This document shows positions 1 through 11,927 of a stretch of DNA of 39,933 nt, in pieces. A program made the translations under genes and the position numbers. The notes beneath the pieces are model-generated. The model ran no database searches. It worked only from the letters and a program-made list of their open reading frames with translations, and was not told where the DNA came from. The stretch comes from Nemertoderma westbladi (lineage: Eukaryota > Animalia > Xenacoelomorpha): positions 1 through 39,933 of the forward strand of contig JAUCBJ010003080.1 in assembly GCA_032718475.1 (NCBI GenBank), read 5' to 3'. How positions within the stretch are numbered: the stretch's first letter is position 1; each line of letters opens with the position of its first letter.

Positions 1-559
1 GCCCACCCCTACCTACGGGTATCCTCAGGCTTCAGCCGACTATTTTGTGCTTAAAAGCTGAACTTTTATTAATAACATGAAAATTTTAGGTATTCATGTC
101 TTATTCTTTTTAAAAATTCCCCGTTTTGATAATAGAAAATAATGTCAATTAACATAACTTTTTTCAATGAAATTCACCGTCATTGTTTTTATCGAAACGG
201 TAACATTATATTAATGAATAATTATTTTACTCTATGGGAAATTCACTTTATTTGTACTGTTGCTGTTAAGAATTCAGCATCTTGTACTTTAGCCAAGAAC
301 AAGAAGAGTACTGCTTGTTTGTATAAAGGGTAGTAGTGTGCAATAAATTGCTTTGTATGGTGTGTTATACTTATTTAATTCCATAATATTACTATTTCAT
401 TCATGTTACAATGCTACATTGTAAGCAACTTATTAGAAATTAAATAGAAAAATGGCACATTTTGGCATTAAATATTGTAATCATATTATTGTGCTTATGG
501 TATCCTAAACGTGATAAAGTGATAACGTTAATTATTCACATCTATCTTTTTTTATTCAG

Positions 560-798
560 TACCGGTACGCAAACCAATAATAAAAAGACCCTGGACCATG
601 GCGGAATCAACGGCCTTGACGAATCTTAATGGAATTCAGGAGATGCTTTTACTTGAAAAGCTACCAGGTAAAGATCCTCTGGAAAAGTTAATAATTGAAA
701 ATCCCGTGCTAAGTGGTAGAACATGGCGAAATGTCAAAGACTATTATCGGAACAATCGGAAGAAAATCTTAGAAGAGCTATCAGTGAAAAACAACTAA
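560..798 (+). CDS. Probable 3'-terminal exon encoding a Myb/SANT-like helical domain (PVRKPIIKRPWT...LPGK...LSGRTWRNVKDYYRN)
   Basis: A polypyrimidine tract ending in CAG (tctttttttattcag, ends 559) precedes a frame that is open from 562 to TAA at 798. The pattern KRPWTxxE...PGKxxxE...LxxRTWxxVKDY.RN resembles the C-terminal domain of animal tyrosine-recombinase/SET-associated (Crypton-like) proteins. The family assignment is from memory. Confidence 0.55.
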
Positions 799-1202
799 AA
801 CACAAGTAGCTGACAAAAAGTACATCGTTTTGTTAACCCAAAACAATGCTTGTTGACACAGACATTTATTTTCGTTATCGAAGCGGGGAACATAACTGAA
901 TTCATATTATTAAAGTTAATCATATGGAAGGAGAGTATATGAGCAACGACTCCCGGTTAGATCTAAATGTAGGGCGTGGCGTGGATGAGATGAACTTTCA
1001 GGAGTTGCTTAATTAACATTTAATTAAATTAAACGTCTGCTTTACGTTCATATTTTGTAGTAACTACTGTGCATATTTGTTGTATTTTGTTTTAATATAC
1101 AAATGTTTTATTTGTATTGTATTTTGTATTGTGCAGTAAACTATGTACTAAGTTGTGAATAGATAAGGCATTATAATACATCATTATGTCGGGATACAGT
1201 AA

Positions 1203-4200
1203 ATTTTGTAGTACTGATTACCAGTTGTTCGTATTTTGTAGTACTGATTACCAGTTGTTCGTATTATATAGTACTGATTACCAGTTGTTCGTATTATATA
1301 GTACTGATTACCAGTTGTTCATATTATGTAGTACTGATTACCAGTTGTTCGTATTATATAGTACTGATTACCAGTTGTTCGTATTATATAGTACTGATTA
1401 CCAGTTGTTCATATTATGTAGTACTGATTACCAGTTGTTCGTATTATATAGTACTGATTACCAGTTGTTCGTATTATATAGTACTGATTACCAGTTGTTC
1501 GTATTATGTAGTACTGATTACCAGTTGTTCGTATTATGTAGTACTGATTACCAGTTGTTCGTATTATGTAGTACTGATTACCAGTTGTTCGTATTATATA
1601 GTACTGATTACCAGTTGTTCGTATTTTGTAGTACTGATTACCAGTTGTTCGTATTATATAGTACTGATTACCAGTTGTTCGTATTATGTAGTACTGATTA
1701 CCAGTTGTTCGTATTATGTAGTACTGATTACCAGTTGTTCGTATTATATAGTACTGATTACCAGTTGTTCATATTATGTAGTACTGATTACCAGTTGTTC
1801 ATATTATGTAGTACTGATTACCAGTTGTTCGTATTATGTAGTACTGATTACCAGTTGTTCGTATTATATAGTACTGATTACCAGTTGTTCGTATTATGTA
1901 GTACTGATTACCAGTTGTTCGTATTATATAGTACTGATTACCAGTTGTTCATATTATGTAGTACTGATTACCAGTTGTTCGTATTATATAGTACTGATTA
2001 CCAGTTGTTCGTATTATATAGTACTGATTACCAGTTGTTCATATTATGTAGTACTGATTACCAGTTGTTCGTATTATATAGTACTGATTACCAGTTGTTC
2101 GTATTATATAGTACTGATTACCAGTTGTTCGTATTATATAGTACTGATTACCAGTTGTTCGTATTATATAGTACTGATTACCAGTTGTTCGTATTATATA
2201 GTACTGATTACCAGTTGTTCGTATTATATAGTACTGATTACCAGTTGTTCGTATTATATAGTACTGATTACCAGTTGTTCATATTATGTAGTACTGATTA
2301 CCAGTTGTTCGTATTATATAGTACTGATTACCAGTTGTTCGTATTATGTAGTACTGATTACCAGTTGTTCGTATTATATAGTACTGATTACCAGTTGTTC
2401 GTATTATATAGTACTGATTACCAGTTGTTCGTATTATATAGTACTGATTACCAGTTGTTCGTATTATATAGTACTGATTACCAGTTGTTCATATTATGTA
2501 GTACTGATTACCAGTTGTTCGTATTATGTAGTACTGATTACCAGTTGTTCGTATTATATAGTACTGATTACCAGTTGTTCGTATTATGTAGTACTGATTA
2601 CCAGTTGTTCGTATTATGTAGTACTGATTACCAGTTGTTCGTATTATGTAGTACTGATTACCAGTTGTTCGTATTATGTAGTACTGATTACCAGTTGTTC
2701 GTATTATGTAGTACTGATTACCAGTTGTTCATATTATGTAGTACTGATTACCAGTTGTTCGTATTATATAGTACTGATTACCAGTTGTTCGTATTATATA
2801 GTACTGATTACCAGTTGTTCATATTATGTAGTACTGATTACCAGTTGTTCGTATTTTGTAGTACTGATTACCAGTTGTTCGTATTATGTAGTACTGATTA
2901 CCAGTTGTTCGTATTATGTAGTACTGATTACCAGTTGTTCGTATTATATAGTACTGATTACCAGTTGTTCGTATTATGTAGTACTGATTACCAGTTGTTC
3001 GTATTATGTAGTACTGATTACCAGTTGTTCGTATTATATAGTACTGATTACCAGTTGTTCATATTATGTAGTACTGATTACCAGTTGTTCGTATTATGTA
3101 GTACTGATTACCAGTTGTTCGTATTATGTAGTACTGATTACCAGTTGTTCGTATTATGTAGTACTGATTACCAGTTGTTCGTATTATATAGTACTGATTA
3201 CCAGTTGTTCGTATTTTGTAGTACTGATTACCAGTTGTTCGTATTATGTAGTACTGATTACCAGTTGTTCGTATTATGTAGTACTGATTACCAGTTGTTC
3301 GTATTATGTAGTACTGATTACCAGTTGTTCGTATTATGTAGTACTGATTACCAGTTGTTCGTATTATGTAGTACTGATTACCAGTTGTTCGTATTATGTA
3401 GTACTGATTACCAGTTGTTCGTATTATATAGTACTGATTACCAGTTGTTCGTATTTTGTAGTACTGATTACCAGTTGTTCGTATTATGTAGTACTGATTA
3501 CCAGTTGTTCGTATTTTGTAGTACTGATTACCAGTTGTTCGTATTTTGTAGTACGGATTACCAGTTGTTCGTATTATGTAGTACTGATTACCAGTTGTTC
3601 GTATTTTGTAGTACTGATTACCAGTTGTTCGTATTTTGTAGTACTGATTACCAGTTGTTCGTATTTTGTAGTACTGATTACCAGTTGTTCGTATTTTGTA
3701 GTACTGATTACCAGTTGTTCGTATTTTGTAGTACTGATTACCAGTTGTTCGTATTATATAGTACTGATTACCAGTTGTTCGTATTATATAGTACTGATTA
3801 CCAGTTGTTCGTATTATATAGTACTGATTACCAGTTGTTCGTATTTTGTAGTACTGATTACCAGTTGTTCGTATTTTGTAGTACGGATTACCAGTTGTTC
3901 GTATTATATAGTACTGATTACCAGTTGTTCGTATTATATAGTACTGATTACCAGTTGTTCGTATTATATAGTACTGATTACCAGTTGTTCGTATTATCGT
4001 AGTTGCGTGATTACCAGTTGTTCGTATTATGTAGTACTGATTACCAGTTGTTCGTATTATATAGTACTGATTACCAGTTGTTCGTATTATGTAGTACTGA
4101 TTACCAGTTGTTCGTATTTTGTAGTACTGATTACCAGTTGTTCGTATTTTGTAGTACTGATTACCAGTTGTTCGTATTATATAGTACTGATTACCAGTTG

Positions 4201-4214
4201 TTCGTATTTTGTAT
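1203..4214. repeat. 30-bp minisatellite, about 100 copies, consensus GTATTATGTAGTACTGATTACCAGTTGTTC
   Basis: Perfect 30-bp phase is directly visible, with four recurring variants in the first 10 nt of the unit. One irregular unit at ~3991-4023 shifts the phase. Confidence 0.98.
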
Positions 4215-4281
4215 TATGGAAATTTGCGACATATGTAGAGGTACCGGTAATCTACTTAGTTCTTACTAGGCGAGATAGTAG

Positions 4282-4628
4282 CAAACCGGGGACTGTCACA
4301 CTCCGTTATTGGCTTCGTATAATTTTTCACCTACGATTTTGCGACATCTAGCGGCGAATATTACAAAGCGGGGAGCACGGATATTTTTCACACAAAGCGG
4401 GGACCATAAATTCCGATACACTCCACATTCATAGACACACCAAGTTCGCTTCATAAACACAAACCGGGGATGATATAAAATAAAATTATATTTATAAAAA
4501 ATGACGTCATACTGATTATATTTGACCTCCTTAATATGATTATAGACGTCTTACAAACCGGGGAGCTCCCCGGTTTGCAATCGCTCCCCGCTTTGCGGGT
4601 CAAAAGTACAGTATGTCTCCCCGGTTTG
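4282..4628. repeat. Cluster of CAAA(C/G)CGGGG motifs in both orientations, including a perfect 24-bp palindrome at 4554-4577
   Basis: Direct copies at 4282, 4364, 4393, 4460 and 4554; inverted copies at 4568, 4586 and 4619. The palindrome reads CAAACCGGGG-AGCT-CCCCGGTTTG. Confidence 0.85.
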
Positions 4629-4649
4629 CACCATCCGGCAGAACACCCT

Positions 4650-4677
4650 CACACACTAACACACACACACACACACA
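4650..4677. repeat. (CA)n microsatellite
   Basis: cacacactaacacacacacacacacaca. Confidence 0.8.
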
Positions 4678-5059
4678 TTACGGTAATAATGGTCACTTAT
4701 GTCAAAGACCGTGATTCTTAATAAATTCGATAAATATCACTTTATTCTTGGTTAAATTCGACCATCCGAGATTCAGGGTGGTTTTCAACCTGGGAGAGGA
4801 TATCCTGAATAAATATTTTACTCTCCTTTATTAATCGACGTGGCACTCAAGCTTGGATAGCGAAGTGCGAACGCAGAAAGGGTTAGTATTATTTAGTGTT
4901 AGCTTTTCAAGCTAGCTTGGGACGCACTCACGAGCTGGCTTGGTTGGGGAAGCTGTCTGCAAGCAAGTTTCATGAGATTGTACGTGAATACGTAAGGGGA
5001 AGGTATGGGCAGCAATGAATGGGCTTTCCAGGTTTTAGAAGTCTCACAGAATTCATAGG

Positions 5060-5370
5060 AAACTTAAGGTACGATTATTTAGAGCAGCAGTAGTTCCAGT
5101 ACTCCTCTATGGGAGTCCATGCTAGGCTCTAACTGCTGAGGACACCAAATCTCTGTATGGCACTTTCACAAGAATGCTGCAGTGCTACGCCGGGTTCATT
5201 TGTGTCATGTACAATGCATACATCTCCAACCAGACACTATATAACATTGGAGGTGTCTCATTGGTGAGACATTGTTTTCTCCATGAGGACCAGCCTGTGC
5301 ACAATCTTGTTGGCAGCCCCAATCTTGTTGCCAAGGAGAAAATAACCATACTGGACATTGCATGACCATT
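5060..5370 (+). pseudogene. Decayed RTE-clade LINE fragment (region downstream of the RT domain)
   Basis: With a frameshift and a stop it translates to LKVRLF.RAAVVPVLLYGSPC*ALTAEDTKSLYGTFTRMLQ. This matches the RTE consensus LKIRLFRATVESVLLYGSETWTLT...LDGCYTRMLR. Confidence 0.75.
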
Positions 5371-5989
5371 GATTGATGAGGATAATCTCGCGAAAGTCAG
5401 GGCGATAGGGAGTTGTGGCGGCGCAATTTCATCGATAATCCGGAATAGCATTCTTAATGCACACAGCATTGGAGCGTGTCAATTGTGGTGTTAAGCCGGC
5501 ATAACATCCCAATGTGCAGTTGCAATACAGCAGAGCGATTATAATAATAGTATTAGTAGTAAGCTGGGGTCAAGATAGCTTCAAACTTGTTTGCTTTTTG
5601 GGGAATGGGGAAGCCTATTTCTTGAGTCCCGGTGAAGCTCCTGTGCGATCCGCGACACCGCATTATCTACCGTAGCGATAGTAGGCCTATCGCGTGCGGA
5701 GTAGAAGTAACAAACTGTTCGCAGTCGTAATCTGAGATTTCGTGAAAATCTTATTCATAAATTGGTACTTTTTTGTTGCTTATTATTCTTAAAGAGAACG
5801 AAATAGAGTTACAAAATAAATTGAACTGCAGTATTTTACATTTACTAAATGACTTCCATAGTTTCTGCGATTGCAATTATTGTAGCCTACTCTTCAACTC
5901 CTGACCATGGCTTACAATATATACGGCGCAACAGGTTGTCAATTTGGCCTAGAAAAAAGAGGCCAGTTTTATGATATGCGGAGAGTTTG

Positions 5990-6415
5990 ATTATTGGATG
6001 TTTGCAACCGGATGTTGAAAGGGGAAAAGCCACCATCACTTTGGACTAAAGGTCAACTAAAGTCTCTCACTAAGAAAGGAGACCTCGGTATACCAACAAA
6101 CTATCGTGGGATCTGTCTGCTTGTGGTAGCTGCCAAAATATACAATAAAATGATTCTATATAGAATTAGACCTCACATAGAGAAACTACTGCATAAGAGC
6201 CAAAACGGATTTCGACCAAGTAGATCAACAATATAGCTAAGATACTTGCGCTACGGAGACTGATTGAAGGAATTAAGTCAAAGAATCTCCCCGACTTCAA
6301 GAAAGCATTCGACTCAATCCATAGAGGTAAATTTCTGGAAATCCTAAGAGCTTATGGAATACCAGAGGTAATTGTGGCTGACATTGGATTATTATATTGT
6401 GACACAGAAGCTCTG
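5990..6415 (+). pseudogene. Decayed RTE-clade LINE reverse transcriptase fragment (RT domains 0-3)
   Basis: KKGDLGIPTNYRGICLL..AAKIYNKMILYRIRP....QNGFRPSRST, then ILALRRLIE and DFKKAFDSIHRGKFLEILRAYGIP. Stops and frameshifts are present. Confidence 0.9.
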
Positions 6416-6599
6416 GTTTTTCGGAAATTTTTTTCTTTACCAAAGTGTTTATAATAGTTTCACGACAACATTGATGCATTAACTTTCAATATATACATTT
6501 AAGAGACGCGAGATTAACTAACATTCACCATTAACTTGTATCCTAAAATCAAAAAACCCATTTTTGAGCAAAAAACTTTAAGCCCAAAAAAGGCATTAA

Positions 6600-7012
6600 G
6601 GGGGGGGGGGGGGGGGGGGGGTACACCATTTTCGGACAACTCTTCGATTTATCACTCTCAACGCTTCATATTTTTTTCGTTTTGGCTATGATTTGGAATA
6701 TAGGTACCTAAGATGCTATTCTACATGATAGGATACATGTACGTTGTACAAGTACAGTAGTAGGGTTAAGAAGTTGACAATTTCATAAAAGAAAATTTGG
6801 AGATAATCGACCTTAACGTTATACGTAGTAATAGTAATTTCAATAGGTTTCCCTAAATGGAAATTGTTATAACTTGAAAACTAAAAGAGCTATTAAATAG
6901 CAGTTTTCAGATTTGGAAACACCATCAAATAATGCATTATAATAGATCATAAAAATAATTTCGACACATTTTGGACCAAAATGGTGTACACCCCCCCCCC
7001 CCCCCCCCCCCC
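6600..7012. mobile_element. Non-autonomous DNA transposon (MITE) with TTAA TSD, Kolobok-like
   Basis: TTAA at 6596-6599 and 7013-7016. Termini are G22-TACACCATTTT and AAAATGGTGTACA-C22. TTAA followed by purines fits Kolobok better than piggyBac, which starts CC. Confidence 0.75.
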
Positions 7013-7731
7013 TTAAATCAAAAATGCAGAGGTGGCATCCGGCCTAGCTGGATTCGCCCTGTTTTGAAGTACAAAAATCAGGTCAATGCCAACCATCAAC
7101 AAAAAATCCCATCTAATTTTAATTTTCGGGAGTTGGCAGGTAGGGCCTAGACTACTGTATATGATGTATTTGACCAATTGAATAGTCTTTAAAAGAATAA
7201 ATAACGTACTGGCGTTGTTTCCAAGGTATTTATTTAGCTATTTGTTTTGTTTGTTCTTGAATTATTAAATAATGTAACTTCTTTTGCACTATGTAGTGTT
7301 TGTTCTGTAGGTAGGCCTACATGTATGTTTTTGTTTAATAGTTTCCCGTCAGAGCTGCTTCGATTATTTTTGTATAGAAATTAAATATGTATGATCGCAA
7401 ATCAAATTACTAAAAAAGAGTTTTAGTGATTGTAACATTGTAAGTTTTACAGCATGCTGTATTGTTACAGTACAACAACTACAGTATAGTGTGGAGTAAT
7501 TACATAGTACTGTATGTGTGAATTAAAAAATGAATATCATTATATATTTAATGCTGCTCTAATATGGAAAAAATGTGCAATTTAAATAAAGTACCAAATA
7601 GATCAAATCAAATACTCGTATTACCTAGCCTGGTCACCGAGTGCGTTATCTGCACTTTATATTTAATAAGCTTTTTATTTTTTATAAGCACCAATTAGTG
7701 TTTTATGGAAAAATGTTCTTGAACATTTGGG

Positions 7732-7947
7732 ACTGGTTACGAATAGGGGACCCTCCTGAATGCAGACAGCTTTCTGCATTTTTTTTGCAATTTTCTGCTC
7801 TTTTGTTTTTTCAAATCGTTTTTGTTTTGGTTCCTTCTGGCTACCCTGTAACCTGCTCCTTTACTTTTCAATTTATTTTTGTGATTTGATGTGATTTGTT
7901 GTGATTCTGAAATCAGCATTCAGGAGGGTCCCCTATACGTAACCAGT
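7732..7947. mobile_element. 216-bp MITE with 32-bp terminal inverted repeats
   Basis: ACTGGTTACGAATAGGGGACCCTCCTGAATGC (7732-7763) pairs with GCATTCAGGAGGGTCCCCTATACGTAACCAGT (7916-7947) with one mismatch. Confidence 0.8.
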
Positions 7948-9123
7948 TCTGAACATGTTTAAATATTATTAAAAAATAAATGAATTATTCCAGAATATTA
8001 TGGAATAATTGAACTTATGTTCCAGAACATATATTTTGTTTTAGGACATTGGGAAAAGTAAGTATTAGGCCTATATAATATTAGCACCACAACGTTATCT
8101 GCACACCTCCAAATCTCTACCAAAAGTTGGTTATACTAAAGTTACTACAGGTAGTTTTTAATAATTTTTTGGAAAAGTTCTAAAACATGTTAACTACTGT
8201 AACTACGCCTATTCATTTAAAATAACAACCATGTTCCGTTGCAGAAACAATATTTTTCGTTCTAAAACACTTTTTAAGAAATATTTAGTATTACATACTT
8301 GATTTAGTGCTGGTTTGTTACCGGTATTGATTAAATTTCAAAAATTAATAAATTATTTCAACTGTCAATAGCTATAAATAACCATAAAAACATTCATGAA
8401 ATAATAATAACAAAGTAATTCGCCATTATTCATTTTTAAATATTATAATATTCCTCTAATCACTTTTTAAATGAACAAAAAAATTGATGTTCTAAGATAT
8501 TTTAGAATAGCTTGGTTATTATTCTACAACATTTTTCAATAGCAAAATGGTAAAATATTAAAAAAAATTGGTGGGATTCATAGTATATACTGACTCAGGT
8601 CTAGGTCAAAATGTCTTTTTTAATGAATTGGTGTCTCCTAGAACATGATAATACAGTATGTAGTAAAAATTTATGCTGAATGATACAGTACAAGCTCACA
8701 AAAATCAACACAATCAATTTAAAAAAAAATTTTGTTTCTCTTCCACGTTTTTTAAAATTAAATATAAAAAGTAGAAAAGTGGAAAAGTGATCAGGAAATA
8801 AGGTCGTGTGCAATCCTCACCCGCGAGAAACAATCGCCCGATTATTCCCAATTCAGGGAAAGTAGCAGGTTACAGTGGCATGTAGGCCTACTGTATTTCT
8901 AACTCAAACAATCCAACAGTTGAAATTCAGGTTCAGGATTAAATTCAGGTTGAAATTATTTATCAAGTGAAGATTGAACGTGGGCGAACTTTGCTGCAAA
9001 CCGAAAAAAGCCTTTTAAAATATTTGTTGAAACGGCATCACAAACTGCTGTGTGGTAGAATCTACGTTTAATTTACTGCAGCATGCTGTAGGCCTATAAT
9101 AAATCTTTTTAGCATAAGCTGCG

Positions 9124-11571
9124 ATGGCGATGGCTTACGGAATCAGAAAACGGTCTCCTGAAAACGAAATCTTTGATGATTACGAACTAAATCCATATTC
9201 GGATGAACTCCAACATCTCAATGGTATTGATGATATTCACAAGGATGTAGATTACCATTTTGGAACTGGTTTGATCCCGCAAAAGGCAAAACGACGCAGA
9301 TTGATATCTAGAAACGATCGTTATCATGAAATTGAGAAATGTGACGAATTTGAGAGTGATAGCGGAAAGGTAGGACGATCGCAGTTTTTGATCGATTATG
9401 AAGACTTAATACAAAAGAATAATCATCATAATATTGAGCAACTAGACGATAATTCATTTCCAAACAGGAATATTGGAAATATAACTGCAAAAGTTCATAA
9501 CAATAGACAGTTTAGTGACGATTTGCCATATTTTAATATACCTGTCACGTCTCCTCTACATTCCTCTATCATACAAAATCGCATTCCTGACGAGCCTAAT
9601 TGGCATTCAAGGGGAAGTCCATTGCCAACCAGTAATGTAGATATGGTGTATCGCCTAGCAAAGCAGCCGACGGGAGAGATTGCACATCCTTCCGGGTTCG
9701 ACGCTTGTCGGGATAGAAAAAATGAGGATAATGACAGATTAGCTGTTTATTTGACAGAAGCGGAGTATCAATACCTTCGGATGGGACATAATGAAGCCTT
9801 GCAGAATGTTAAAAACGAAAGGAGTTTTCGGAGCTATCAACCCGGTACACGAATACCGCGACACAACAGGCCTGATTTTATGAGGCCGATTCAACGTCCT
9901 TCGAATACCAGGCGTGACCCCGGTTTGTTTGAAAGTGTTGCTTGTGATCGCGGGAATTTAACTCACCACAATGATGCAAGGCAAACAAAATGTTCAAAGA
10001 ATCGCGATGAGGTTCGGTATTGTAACTCCAGGGAACCGTTGATGAGTGATAACCGCCAATTCCGCTCCAATGAAATTGAACGATGTGATTATCTCCCACG
10101 GGAAAATCTACGTATTGATAATGACGGGTGTTCACATGGTGATGACATGGAGGAAAGTCCAAATGGGAGGAGAGAATGTAATCCTCGTGTTTATAGTGAG
10201 AATAAAAAGCAACGGCATGCTTATATTGGGGTTAGAGATAGATCCGCGTTTGGGGAATTATATGGAAGGCCCATCATAAATAAAAGCACCCTAGGTGATA
10301 CTCGACCCACAGTGTCGAGAGATAAACCACATCAGGATCGGATACTTACCTCTAACCATTTATCTGAAAATGGGCGATCGAATCTCCATAACCATAATCA
10401 CATATATAATAGTGATTGGAATTTCTCATATGATAGGGGACATTCGAAAAGACATAGGAAATGTCCAAAAATGTATTGGGAATCTCTTAAAAGTCCTCCA
10501 CGTCGCAGTGGGATGGGTGATTGTATTGGAAAATCATCAGATACCTGCTGTGATCATCACACTACCGGTGAGATAGAGCGTCAGTGTACACCGCGACCGC
10601 CTACCTGTTGCCATCCCTCTCTATCAAAGTGTCGGATCATAAGGAGTCAATGTTGTTGTTCATTTACTTCGAGTAGAGAATCCCAAGGCAACACTGATCA
10701 GAATATTCGTAGTTGCTGTTCCCTCACTCATCAAAGACAGAATTGTACTTCCCCTACAGTCAATCATTCCATCCCCGTAAAACTACCCACTTCAATTGGA
10801 AACGCCAAGTGTTGCAAATTCCATCCTCGCGATCACGGGAAAACACATCGCACTTCGAGCATCTCCAACACAGTTGTTGATAAACAATGCAGCAAGCGTA
10901 TCAGTAAGGCTGAAAGAGCTGAAGTGTATCAATGTAAGAGTGTTCACGCCTGTAAGAGCGCTCCTCCAACCGAGACAAAAGGGAACATTCCTTCGCCCCA
11001 GCTTCGTAGCTGTCACAGTGCTGGAGTTGATATCTCTGTAACAAATGTTCCGTCAACCAGGAAGTTACGCACTCCATCCTCTGTGGCATGTTCAACAATC
11101 ACTGCTGACAATCGAAGTTCATTGCGTGGTGAACTGCACCGGCGGTGCAATGCACCGATATTATGTGCTGATGAAAGCCGTGGTGATTGCAATGCACCGA
11201 GATTCTGTGCTGATGAAAGCCCCAAGGAGACCTTTGTGTTATCACACAAACCGGTACCCTCCAATGATGTGCGACAACCTCTGATTGTTTATGACAATGA
11301 TGAGTATTACACCTATAACCTAAATGGAAAGACTCATGCCAAACCAATGGGTGGCGACTATAAAGCAAGGTATACTTCGACAAGGAGAAAAATCAACAAG
11401 CAAAAATATTTATTGTCGCCTGGTAGCAAGTGGACGTTGGAGATGCAGAAGATATTTGATAGCGCAGCTGCGCGAGACCAGTCGGGTAACAATTGGACGC
11501 CAGTCGGGACGGGCAATATATTCGAATACGACCCGCACTATCGTATAAAACGACAATTGCAAAAATGTTGA
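9124..11571 (+). CDS. Uncharacterised 815-aa protein: probably disordered, Arg/Ser/Asp-rich, with a Cys-rich central region; single uninterrupted ORF
   Basis: A 2448-bp non-repetitive ORF in AT-rich DNA, with higher GC than its flanks. AATAAA follows at ~11634-11643 and a possible acceptor (tttttag) lies at ~9106-9112. No domain was recognised. Confidence 0.75.
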   Translation: MAMAYGIRKRSPENEIFDDYELNPYSDELQHLNGIDDIHKDVDYHFGTGLIPQKAKRRRLISRNDRYHEIEKCDEFESDSGKVGRSQFLIDYEDLIQKNNHHNIEQLDDNSFPNRNIGNITAKVHNNRQFSDDLPYFNIPVTSPLHSSIIQNRIPDEPNWHSRGSPLPTSNVDMVYRLAKQPTGEIAHPSGFDACRDRKNEDNDRLAVYLTEAEYQYLRMGHNEALQNVKNERSFRSYQPGTRIPRHNRPDFMRPIQRPSNTRRDPGLFESVACDRGNLTHHNDARQTKCSKNRDEVRYCNSREPLMSDNRQFRSNEIERCDYLPRENLRIDNDGCSHGDDMEESPNGRRECNPRVYSENKKQRHAYIGVRDRSAFGELYGRPIINKSTLGDTRPTVSRDKPHQDRILTSNHLSENGRSNLHNHNHIYNSDWNFSYDRGHSKRHRKCPKMYWESLKSPPRRSGMGDCIGKSSDTCCDHHTTGEIERQCTPRPPTCCHPSLSKCRIIRSQCCCSFTSSRESQGNTDQNIRSCCSLTHQRQNCTSPTVNHSIPVKLPTSIGNAKCCKFHPRDHGKTHRTSSISNTVVDKQCSKRISKAERAEVYQCKSVHACKSAPPTETKGNIPSPQLRSCHSAGVDISVTNVPSTRKLRTPSSVACSTITADNRSSLRGELHRRCNAPILCADESRGDCNAPRFCADESPKETFVLSHKPVPSNDVRQPLIVYDNDEYYTYNLNGKTHAKPMGGDYKARYTSTRRKINKQKYLLSPGSKWTLEMQKIFDSAAARDQSGNNWTPVGTGNIFEYDPHYRIKRQLQKC

Positions 11572-11927
11572 TTTATATAACACTTTAACCGTAAGGTTTA
11601 TCTTTTATGCATAAAGTATAAGTAATAATTGTTAATAAATAAACCAGTTTATAAGCCCATATTAGTTTGTAGATGTTTTCTATGCATTTAGGCGCATTAC
11701 TGTACTATTAATTATATTCGTATTGTAGTTAATTACAGTAAGCTGTTTATAGTAAAAAACCATGCCGGGGGTATGTTTCAACTAAAAAATTTTCCTGAGA
11801 TCCTGGCATGCATGCAATCAGTAAGCAGATCAACCTTTCCAGCTGATCGGTAGGTTTCAACCAAACCAAGATGTTAAAATTAATAAGGCGACAGTAGGCT
11901 ACAGAGAAACTCCAAAGCGAGAAGAAC

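Noticed and set aside
1186-4351. 938-aa ORF and adjacent short ORFs as real genes
   Set aside because: They arise from a 30-bp unit that lacks a stop in some frames. There is no unique coding sequence, and the phase breaks at ~4000.
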